From positions 1-56,090 of the IMG/VR virus record IMGVR_UViG_3300020045_019291: DNA of 56,090 bases. One strand, 5' to 3'. The notes beneath the pieces were generated by a model, which ran no database searches, had not been told where the DNA came from, and saw nothing but the letters and a program-made list of their open reading frames with translations. Numbering within the stretch: position 1 is the first letter of the stretch; every line of letters begins with the position of its first letter. Position numbers and translations under genes: made by a program. This document shows, piece after piece, positions 19,884 through 29,900 of this stretch. This stretch comes from a virus. Lineage: Duplodnaviria; Caudoviricetes.

Positions 19884-20627
19884 ATGGCAAAAAAAACAAT
19901 TACATACTCGGAAAACGTTAAAGGCTGGACCTCATTTTTTGGTTACGAGCCGGATATGCTGTGCAAGTTGAATAACCGTTTCTTTTCCATAAAAGACGGA
20001 CAATTGTATATGCATAACGACGAAGACAATCCCGTGATGAATAACTTCTACGGGATTCAGTATTCCTCCAAAATAGACACTGTTTTCAACCAAGACAATC
20101 CGGAAGACAAGATTTTCAAGACAATGGTATTGGAAAGCAACAAGCCTTGGAACGTGGCGGTAAAAACCAATATGGCCAACAGCACCATTAAAAGTACCGA
20201 ATTTAACCAAAGGGAAAGCCGACAGTTTGCTTATTTGCGTAAAAACGAAAACGGAAATGACTTACACGGGAACACGGCGCAAGGAATAGGGGTGATTCAA
20301 AGCGTTTTAGGTCTTAATATTACGTTTTCTACCATTCCAAATTTTGTGAGTATTGGAGACCAGTTATACCAATTAAATGAATCTGTACAAGAACTTATAG
20401 GAACTATAAGCGATAAATCCGGTGGAGTTATTACGGTAAATGCCATAACAACTATCCCAATAGTAGGCTTGTTCAGTTTTTCCAAGAAAAATGCCAGAAT
20501 AGAAGGCGGGGAGATCCGCGGTTATTACCTGCAGGTGGAACTAGAGAACACCGACACCGAGAAAGTAGAATTGTTTGCCATAAACACCAATGCGGTGCAA
20601 TCTTCGATCAACTTAAATGATAAATAA
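19884..20627 (+). CDS. Tail protein resembling the C-terminal part of stabilisation proteins
   Basis: TITYSE..KGWTSFF.Y.P, KIFKT, IRGYY motifs. Confidence 0.6.
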   Translation: MAKKTITYSENVKGWTSFFGYEPDMLCKLNNRFFSIKDGQLYMHNDEDNPVMNNFYGIQYSSKIDTVFNQDNPEDKIFKTMVLESNKPWNVAVKTNMANSTIKSTEFNQRESRQFAYLRKNENGNDLHGNTAQGIGVIQSVLGLNITFSTIPNFVSIGDQLYQLNESVQELIGTISDKSGGVITVNAITTIPIVGLFSFSKKNARIEGGEIRGYYLQVELENTDTEKVELFAINTNAVQSSINLNDK

Positions 20628-21035
20628 ATGGAATTTTCCGTGCGCTTTTTGGTTGAAACCGATTACGAACTGCTTTGCCGATGGTGGAAAGCGTGGCGAT
20701 GGGATGCCCCGCCAAGGGATTTCCTGCCACAAAATGGAACCGGCGGGATAATGGTCGAAAAAGACGGCGTTCCGGTCGTGGCGGGTTTTGTGTATTTCAC
20801 CAACAGCGCAGTTGCCTGGAGCGAATTTATTATTTCCAATTTTGATTTTAAAAACAAAGAAGACCGAAAAGAAGCCATTAAAATATTGATCTTGGAATTG
20901 ACGGAACTGGCAAAATCAAAAGGATGCAAGTATGTTTATACCGTGGTAAAAAACCAGAACTTAAAATTGGCTTATCAGGAAATGGGATTTTCGAATGGAA
21001 GCGTGAAGGTAGATGAAATGGTTATGGTGCTTTAA
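20628..21035 (+). CDS. GNAT-fold acetyltransferase-like virion assembly protein
   Basis: Starts with VR.L...DY, ends AK.KG.KYVY...Y..MGF; position before ejection genes as in T7-like layouts. Confidence 0.55.
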   Translation: MEFSVRFLVETDYELLCRWWKAWRWDAPPRDFLPQNGTGGIMVEKDGVPVVAGFVYFTNSAVAWSEFIISNFDFKNKEDRKEAIKILILELTELAKSKGCKYVYTVVKNQNLKLAYQEMGFSNGSVKVDEMVMVL

Positions 21036-21355
21036 TTTTCTACCGTTTCAATAGTTGTTAATTTTTCCACTAATTTTTGAATGTCGATTTTGTCCAATTC
21101 AGTACATTGGTTCATTAGCGCAACCAATTTAATTAAATTTAATTGGGTAAAAGCAAAACGGTCCAGTCTATAGCAATTGAACGGCACGCATTCTGAAATA
21201 TCGTGTTCAGCAAGTTCCACACCTTTTATTCCGTTTTGTTGAAGTTGTTTGTAAACGTGGGTAACGTGATATTCTTTTTTTTCGACCACCCATTTAGAAC
21301 CAGGTATTTCTGAAGGCTTGTTTTTGGCATCAATGCAAATACAGGGAATTTTCAT
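21032..21355 (-). CDS. Hypothetical protein
   Basis: ATG ORF downstream of the tRNA in an inverted block. Confidence 0.65.
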   Translation of the reverse strand: MKIPCICIDAKNKPSEIPGSKWVVEKKEYHVTHVYKQLQQNGIKGVELAEHDISECVPFNCYRLDRFAFTQLNLIKLVALMNQCTELDKIDIQKLVEKLTTIETVEN

Positions 21356-21378
21356 AAAAATTTGTTTGATTTAAATTA

Positions 21379-21407
21379 AATCGGGCTTGATATTGTCAAG
21401 CCCGATT
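21379..21407 (-). terminator. Hairpin downstream of the tRNA (terminator or processing site)
   Basis: Perfect 12-bp inverted repeat AATCGGGCTTGA/TCAAGCCCGATT. Confidence 0.6.
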
Positions 21408-21546
21408 CTTCTCTCTGGCGGGATTTCATTGCTGCCAAGTTTTGTCGGGTGATTTTGTTAAGCTGTAATTATCTGAAATCACTTAATCGATACATTACCC
21501 TGTTATTCCGTCCGACAAACCCCATTACTTTCCCTTCTTGTGGTTG

Positions 21547-21619
21547 TTGCGAGGGCAGGATTTGAACCTGCGACCTATAGGGTATGAACCTATCGAGCTG
21601 CCAACTGCTCTACCTCACG
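21547..21619 (-). tRNA. tRNA-Met(CAT), initiator-like
   Basis: Cloverleaf: acceptor CGTGAGG/CCTCGCA with C1:A72 mismatch, D stem GAGC/GCTC, anticodon stem ATAGG/CCTAT with loop TTCATAC, T arm GCAGG-TTCAAAT-CCTGC; CCA not directly encoded. Confidence 0.9.
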
Positions 21620-21630
21620 ATTTTGTTTTT

Positions 21631-21693
21631 CAAAAGTATAAATTATTTATATCAATAGTAATAATAATTGATACTTTTTATTTATTACATTTG
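21631..21693. promoter_or_regulatory. Divergent promoter region (tRNA leftward, ejection genes rightward)
   Basis: Minus-strand TACTTTTG at 21631-21638, motif copy 21635-21660, plus-strand TACATTTG at 21686-21693. Confidence 0.65.
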
Positions 21694-21745
21694 TATTTGA
21701 TATAAATAATTTCTATTGTTGGTATTAATTTAAAAAGAAATCATT

Positions 21746-22381
21746 ATGGCAGCAGCAACGGCGACGGCCCTCGTGGGGCTTGGAATAGCAGGTTATCAAG
21801 CCTATTCAGGATCCCAAAACACAAAATCAGCAAAAAACGACATAGCGAATTACAATCGCCAGAATCTGGACAAGTCGAATCCTTACGAGAATATGCAGAT
21901 TTCCACCCTTGGCAGCGACTTGATGAACGAGCAAAACCAAGTCAATTCAGCCAATTCCATCGAGGCGATGCGCAATGCCGGATCTCGTGGTATAGCGTTG
22001 TTGCCCAGCATTACCGCGCAAAACAACAAGGCAAACCAAAACACCAGGGCTTATCTTGACGACCAGATCACCAAAAGAAATTACGCCATAGCCGGAGACA
22101 AAACCGCCATTCGCGGAATGAAGGAAGACCGCGAAAATGCGGACTTGGCTGGATTGGGACAACAATTGCAAACCGGAAGACAGGATATGTGGAGTGGAAT
22201 TCGCGGGGCGGCCAGTTCTGCAATGTATGCCGCCAACAACATTGACTGGAACAGCGACGGAGAAACACAGGCGGAAAAAGATTCTTCTGGTTCTGGAAAC
22301 AGCGGTATGTCGAACGATTCATTTTACAGCAGATATAGACCCAAATACGACAGTATTCTTTCAAACTATAACAAAATTTAA
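21746..22381 (+). CDS. Internal virion / ejection protein (small)
   Basis: Ala/Gly-rich hydrophobic N-terminus, Gln/Asn-rich helical body; first of three ejection-type genes. Confidence 0.6.
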   Translation: MAAATATALVGLGIAGYQAYSGSQNTKSAKNDIANYNRQNLDKSNPYENMQISTLGSDLMNEQNQVNSANSIEAMRNAGSRGIALLPSITAQNNKANQNTRAYLDDQITKRNYAIAGDKTAIRGMKEDRENADLAGLGQQLQTGRQDMWSGIRGAASSAMYAANNIDWNSDGETQAEKDSSGSGNSGMSNDSFYSRYRPKYDSILSNYNKI

Positions 22382-22383
22382 CG

Positions 22384-23919
22384 ATGCCACAACCAGGAAC
22401 CTTTACCGCCTATCGCCAATTAAGACCACTTGAAGGCGACGTTTCGCAAGATATCCAGCAGCAAGAAGAAAATGGTTTTCGTCGTCGCGCCTTGGACCAA
22501 GTGGACCAACGCACGCAAAACGACAAAGCCGACAAGGAATCTCGACGCAAACAAGAGTTGTGGGACAAGCACGTAAAACCATTGTCGAATTACGACACGG
22601 GTTCAAAAACCTTGAACGAAACCCAGGGAAGGCTTATCCTGGAGGCGCAAAAAGAATATGTTCCGTTGATGGGGATATTGAACAACCCGAAAGCTTCCGA
22701 CGAAGACAAACTCAACGCCAGCCTTAAACTGAAAAACATCAACAATTTACCGGAAAACCTTTTGGCAATGACAAAAAGTTTGACCGACAGGGATCTGGCA
22801 TACCAAAAAGGGGTGAAAGAAGGCACTTTGTTTTCCAATCCTGATTACGACACCAATTTCCAGAAAGGTTACGAGAACAAGTTGCTGGCATTGGACGAGA
22901 ACGGAATGCCGATGGTTGCTTTCAAGGACTTGAACGGCGACGGAAAAAACGACTTGGAAACCTATGACCAGATACAGAACGTAGTTCCCAAATACGACAT
23001 CCAGCAGCGTTTTGACCGCGACAAGGAATTGATGGAGGCTTCCACCAAACTGCAACCCGTAGTCAACGGCACGGATAACGGAGTGGTGACAAGAACCGTT
23101 ACGGCAGTTGATCCAACGTTATTGAAAGCATACGTTTCCAATCAATTATTTGAAGCAGACGGCGTGACGCCAACGGCAAAACTAAAATCATTTGCCAGAG
23201 AATCAGGAGTTAAACTTGACGATGCCAAAGGTTTGCAAACCCTTTCGGACAAGTTCGAAAACGATATACGTTTGCGTACCAAAGGCGGAACGGTGGAAAA
23301 AAGAAACTACAACGCCCTGGATGCCCAGAAGGAAGCCAACGACGAAAGGGAAAGACGACTTGCAAGGGCAGACAAAAAGAAAGGAGAACCGCAGGAAGAA
23401 ATGGGACCTAAAAACATTAACCAAGTTGGTTACGTAAAAGGAAATACTCCGGCGAAAGGAAGTGTTCTTAAGAATATGGACGGTGCAAAATCTTATTCCA
23501 TTGAAGGCTCAAATCTGGAGCGTTCCATTGGAAAAAAAGGCGCCTATCAGAGAGTAAACAGCATTTACGTACTTAAAGACGGTAAAACATTGGCCTTGGA
23601 AGTGGATAATATAGACGGAACCAGTACGGATGAAAACGAAGACTATTCAGGAAACGAAAAAACTTCAAAAACTACCAAGATTCTATATCGATCAGACAAA
23701 CACGCCAATGAAATAGGCGACTTTATCAGTAAAAAGAAAAATCCAAAAACAGGAGATTATTATAAAAACATCCCTGAGTTTATGGAAGATGCCTTGAATA
23801 TTCCGCAAAAAAAAGTAGCGAAACAAGAGTCCAACAGCATAAAAGCAGGATATGTAGAAGGTGAGTACAGGTTTAAAGGAGGAAACACGAATGACCCTAA
23901 AAATTGGGAAAAAATTTAA
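22384..23919 (+). CDS. Internal virion / ejection protein (medium)
   Basis: Hydrophilic helical protein ending in YRFKGG...DPKNWEK; synteny. Confidence 0.55.
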   Translation: MPQPGTFTAYRQLRPLEGDVSQDIQQQEENGFRRRALDQVDQRTQNDKADKESRRKQELWDKHVKPLSNYDTGSKTLNETQGRLILEAQKEYVPLMGILNNPKASDEDKLNASLKLKNINNLPENLLAMTKSLTDRDLAYQKGVKEGTLFSNPDYDTNFQKGYENKLLALDENGMPMVAFKDLNGDGKNDLETYDQIQNVVPKYDIQQRFDRDKELMEASTKLQPVVNGTDNGVVTRTVTAVDPTLLKAYVSNQLFEADGVTPTAKLKSFARESGVKLDDAKGLQTLSDKFENDIRLRTKGGTVEKRNYNALDAQKEANDERERRLARADKKKGEPQEEMGPKNINQVGYVKGNTPAKGSVLKNMDGAKSYSIEGSNLERSIGKKGAYQRVNSIYVLKDGKTLALEVDNIDGTSTDENEDYSGNEKTSKTTKILYRSDKHANEIGDFISKKKNPKTGDYYKNIPEFMEDALNIPQKKVAKQESNSIKAGYVEGEYRFKGGNTNDPKNWEKI

Positions 23920-23922
23920 GAT

Positions 23923-26900
23923 ATGCCAGACACGAAAAAACCTTGGGAGAAAAATTATACCGTAGAGAATACTGAATCTCAATCGCAAGATAAAAAGCCT
24001 TGGGAGAAAAACTACGTTTCAGATACTGAAAAAAAAAATTCTGTTGGTACTTCAACTTCTACCATTCCAACGGAAAATACGGAATCGGCACAGAAAACTG
24101 GTTCTTCGGTTTCGAAAAGCAGTAGCGGTTTTCCTGAAATAGACACCAATGGCATAGCCCCTAATTACGAGGATATGAAGCCGGCGGCGGAGAATCCCGT
24201 TGGCAAGGAAAAAAGACTGCGAAAAGAATTGGCTAACACAAAAGTGACTCCAGAGAATATGGAGGCCGTTATGGCTGAAACCGACGCGCTTTCCGCCACG
24301 ATAAAAACCAACCAAAAAGCGAAAGACCAAGCCAAAAGCCAGCGCGTAAAAGAACTGGAAACCTCTTTTTACGACGCCACCAGAAACAACAACGACGATG
24401 CCGTGGCCGAACAAAGGCTGAACGATGCCGTAAACACCAACGGCATTTGGAACAACGTCAAGTCCATTGCCAAAAAAACCTTGAACATCGCAATTGACGG
24501 GGCCGTCAAAGCCACGAACAATGTAGGTTTAAACAACTTCAAAATAAACGATGACCCGTTGGCTGAAGAAAAGCAACTGGTAAAAAAACAAGCCTTGAAA
24601 AACAAGGAAAATATTGGAGAAACCGAAATCAACCAAAGAGCGCAGCAAATATTCAAGGAAAAAGAAAAAGACAACTTATTTCTGGACCGCGCCAATTCCT
24701 TTTTGGACAATATGGATGCGGAGGACAAAAACTTGCTAAAACAGGACAGGTACGACAAGACCGTCCACTTGCAGGAAGATAACCTGAAACGATTAAAATA
24801 CAATGCCGCGCTTCAAACCGTGGCCGAAGACAAAATCAGTGATTACAAAAAAATAGAATCCCAATTAACCAAACTCAAAGAAAACGGGGAGGAATTTCCG
24901 GAAGACCTGTACAGCCAATATACCGCATTGGGTTCCGAAATACAAAAACTAGGTTCCCGTTTAAATAAAAACGAAGAGTACGTCCTGAACAACAAAAAAG
25001 ATTTGGGAACTGCCCAGCAGGAATTTGACCTGTTCAAAAGGGAATACGGCGATTTCAACAACATTATTGGAAACATTGCCGTTGCAGCCGGAGAACTGGG
25101 AACGGGAATCCTTGGAGCCGTGAATTACGCTTCCAGTCTTGACGGTCCGTTGGGACAAGTGAGGGCGATGCGCGGACAGGAAGTCGTTTCCGGACTGAAC
25201 GAAGACCTGAAAAATGCCAGAGAAAATTTGCGTACGCCAGTAGAAAGCATCGAAAGCGCTGAAGGTTTCTTGAACTACACTTCGGACTTGGTTGCCAACC
25301 AGATCCCGAACCTTGTTGCCACTTCCACGGGAATTGGAGGTTTGGCATTTATAGGCGCAACTTCAACCGGACAGAAATATACCAAAATGAATGACGAGGT
25401 TCGTCAAGGAAAAGAAACCTACAGCCCTTTGCAAATGGCGGTTGCGCCGTTATTGTATGGCGGAGCCGAGGTTATTTCGGAAATTCCCACCCTGTCCATC
25501 TTGAAAAAAGGAGGTAGGGTCATTGAATCCATCGCCAGAAACGAAGGGGAATTGATCACGAAAACAGCCAAGCAAAAAGCCCTGGAATTGGCCAAGGATT
25601 ACAGTATTGATATGGGCAAGGAAATGACGGGGGAACAATTTACCAATTTCACCCAGAACTTCAACGACAAATTTGTGTTGGGCAAAAAAGACGTCAACTT
25701 GTTGGACAATACCGGACAGGTTTTCAAGGACACTTTCACGTTGACTTCCATATTGAAAGTGGCACCACATACTTTTGGGGTTATTGCCAAGCCTTTCCAG
25801 TCCAAAACGGATTTGGGGACCCTTGACGAGAATTCCAGAAAAATTATCGAGTTCTCCCGGCAATTGAATACCGAAGGATTGACCGACACGGAAAAAAAGG
25901 TGATTCAAAAACAGATCGACAAAGCCACTGCAGAAAGCTCCAAAATCGTTGCCAACACCATTGGAAAAATAGGCGATATGCCCGGTGAATTGTACGACGA
26001 AGTTGTCACCCTAAACACCAAAGCCGGAGAAATAAAAGCACAAGCCCGGGAAATAAACGACGGTAATTTGCCTAATAAAGAAGCTTTGTTGAAAGGACTT
26101 GGCGAAGACTACAAAGCATTGCAGGAGAAAAGAAACGGAATCATAGAAGGAAATACTACCGTCGTGGATATTTTGCCCTTGAAAGAGCAGGATTTGCTTA
26201 AAAAACAAGCCTTGGAAGACTTAGTTACCGAACTGAATCCGGACGGCAAGAAAAACATCAAGATCACCAACGAGCAGGTTGTGGAGCGCGCCAACGAGAT
26301 TTATGCGGAATCGAAAGCGAATGAAAGCAACAAAACACAGACGAGTCAGCCATCTTCTTCGGAAGAGGCTACTCCGAGTGTTAATGCGAAAATCGAGGGT
26401 AATTCCCCTTTATTGTCTTCTGAAGCCCAAGAAAACGGTTCAAAAGCAGCGGTAAATCTCCCTACAAGTATTAGCGAAGAACAAAAAATGCAATTTGGAG
26501 CAGGATATAAGGATTATAATTTTAAAAAAGAAAATGTTTCTACTGACAAAATTAAAATAACAGAACAACCTTCTTTATCTGAAAGGCAAGAATTAGTAGA
26601 TGATATAAAAAGGAATGGAATAACAGAACCTATAGTTGTTGAATATGATAACGAATCGGATAGTTATTATGTTAAAAACGGAAATCATAGAGCTGCAATT
26701 GCAAAAGAATTAGGGATTAAAGAAGTTCCAACTATTGTTGCGGAATATAAAGAAACTAACAATGAAGCAATATCGCCAACAAATACTCCTGCTGATGGAA
26801 ACATTCAGTCTGGAACTGGAGAAATGGGAGAAAGTGGAATTGCCCAGCAAGAAAGTCCTGTTCAAGAAAGTGTACAAAGTTCCGTTGACGGCGGAAAAAG

Positions 26901-29900
26901 TAAAGGAGATTCTAAACCAATCACCACCAAAAAAGTAAAATCGGTGAAGGACGGTGAATTTGACGTGGACTTTGACGAAAAAGGAAATGTGCTGGCCATC
27001 AGGAGTTCTAAAGACGGCAGGGTGATTTCCAAATTTGTGGAGCGAAAGGTGAAACCCAGCAAACAGAATCCGACGGGCAAAATCCTTTCCAAAAACGCCA
27101 ATTATGCAAAGATTGAAGCGGACGCCAAGGGCGAAACTACCGAGAACGAAAAAAACAATCTAGACAAAGAGGCGCAAAAAATACAGGACGAAAAAATCAG
27201 CAGCTTTGAGCCTGGCGACGAATACGAAATAGCCTTGAAATTTGTGGCCGAGGGAGGAAAGGTGAAATTATCATCTGCCAGAAACGAAACCGGCGAAAAG
27301 AATTCGAAGGCAATGAAATGGGCTTCGGGATTCAACAAAGAATCTGATTTGCCTTCAATCGAGAAGGCGGCGGAATCGTTGATGCCTTATGATTCCAATT
27401 TGGATGAAGGCAAAATAAGAGACTCCCTGATTGAAATATTCACTACCTTTGAGAGTCTGGCTGCCGTAAAAAACCATCTTTTGGAGGTTTACGACGAAAA
27501 CAATGCCAAAAAACAGGATCAGGAACGCCACTCTTTTTTGGGTTCATTGTCCGAGAAAGATTTTGCAATGTACCAAGCCATTCAAGCCGAAGATAATTAT
27601 TTGGCAGAATTATCAGATGCAGAAGTAAAAGAGCATTATAACCAAAAAATTAACGAAAATGAACAAGGACAGCAAGAATACGCAAGATCAGAAACCGCTA
27701 ACCAGAGGCCAGAGGTTATTGCTGGACGTAATGATGGAGCGAAAGAAAAAGGAGGAATCCAAGGAAATCCAGAAGGAGAAAGCCAAGGAGGAAATGACGG
27801 GGGAGGAATAGACACGAAATCCACGCCTGACCAAATACTGGAATGGCTTGAAAATGCCGAAAAAGAACTTGACGCCTTTGGTCTAGAAAACTTGTCCGTG
27901 GGCATTCCGATTGTTGTTGCCAAAGCCGCGATCCAGGCTATGAAAATCGCCGTGAAAGCGGGCAAACTTGCAGGAGAAGTCATTCAGGCCGGATTGGACG
28001 CCGTAAAACAAAGCGATTGGTACAAAAACCTGACGCAAACGGAGCAGGACGACATCGAGAATGATTTTAACGGCAATTTCCTGAACAAGATTTCCAACAT
28101 CAACCCGGAAAATGAGCGCCAAACGGAAAACCTTTTGAACCGCGCCGCTTCGGAAAACATTTCGGAAGACGATGCTTATGCCGAAGTAAAATCCACTTTC
28201 GACAAAGCAAGAACAGAATTGTCCAACAAAAAATCATTCAAGGAATATTCCCGTGACGCCTATCGCAATTTCGTGAAACGCTTTACCGACAGGCAGTATT
28301 TGTCCAAAAGCTTGCTGAACAAGTCTGGAATGAAGGCCGTACAGAACTTGATCATCAATTCCCACGGAGCTTCCGGAAGGGCCAAGATCCATTTTGAGGA
28401 AGCCTACAACGAAATTTACAAAAAACTGACCACGGTGGAACGCCGCACGCTTGACGAAATCATTCAGGCCAAACGTTTTATTGCCATAGACAGCAATCGT
28501 GAAGCCAGAGGACTGGAACCAGTTTCGCACCCTAATTTCATCGACAAGAACAAATCGGAAAAATTTCTTTCGAAACTCGAAAAAGAATTGGGCACCGAAA
28601 AGTACAATGATTTGGCACGCCGTGCCGAGGCTTATTTCAAAACTTACAAAGGATTGCTGAAAGATATGCTAGACAATGGATTGATTTCGAAAGAATCATT
28701 CGATTCAATGAGCGACGTTGATTACCAGCCAAGGGTGTTTTTGCAATTCGTTACCGACTTCAACGGGGATTTGGAAACCACGAAACGCAGCAATAATATG
28801 GACAGCAGCGGCTTAAGTTCTGACCAGATTAAATCAATGAGCGAAGGTGATGCCAGCATCCTTGTCTTGAATTCGGAATGGTTGCTTACCAATTCGTTGT
28901 TGTCCCGTTCCAAGGCGATGGCGATGAACAACATCAACAAACGCTTTATGACCGGAGAATTCCAGAAAGCCCAAGAGCGTTTCAATAAATTGGACCCGAA
29001 AAACCTGAAAGGCGACGATGTTCGTTTTTACAAGTATTTCAAGGAATTGTCTTCGAAGGTGATCGACAATCCATTTATTGGAAAAACCGAAAGCGGAACC
29101 GAAAAATATAAATTCGACAAAACTCCAGCCAATTTTGCCAAGGCTTATTATTATGTTGACGGCCAACGCCACGAATTTTTCCTGGAAAAAGAATTGCACG
29201 AGTCCTGGAACGACAATTTTGAAGGAGTTATTAAATCTAATTACAAGGAATTTATATCGTATGCTTCTGGTGCTGCCTTGGTAAAAGCCATTGCCACCGG
29301 AAACAATCCGGCATTCCCCATCGTGAATACGCCAAGGGATTTCTTGTTTACCATTGCCTTTTCTGCGCAGTACAGCAATATTGTGCCTAAAGCAATGCTA
29401 CAGGTCGCCAAAGACGTTGTCAAATCAATCAAGGAGATCCGCAAGCCGCAAAGCGATGTTTTGAAAAAATACATCGAATACGGCGGCGCAATGGACTTTT
29501 TGAGTTCGCAAGGAACCTTGAAAAAAGAATCCCTGCTTGGACAAGCCATCGACAAATCAGTTTCCGCCAATACGCGTGACGCTGCCAAATCCATATTTTC
29601 GAAAGTTACCTTGCACAAGATTTCTTCTTATAGCGAAATGATGTTTCGTTTGGGTATTTTCCAGCGAAGCATCAAGAACCAATTGGATTCTTTGGGGCTT
29701 AAAGACATTTCGGAAGTGACGGACAAGCAGCAATTGGATGATATTTACAGCGAGGCGGTATCTAATGCCAGAAGCATTCTGGATTTCAACCAAGGCGGAG
29801 TTGTCACCAAGGACTTGGAAGCAGTAATCCCGTATATCAATGTAGCTTTTCAGGGAGGAAGAGTTGCTGCATCGGCATTCGAAAATGATCCCGTTGGCAC

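Noticed and set aside
21494-21506. 13-bp match to the I-SceI recognition sequence (ATTACCCTGTTAT)
   Set aside because: Remaining bases differ, no homing endonuclease or engineering marks; treated as chance
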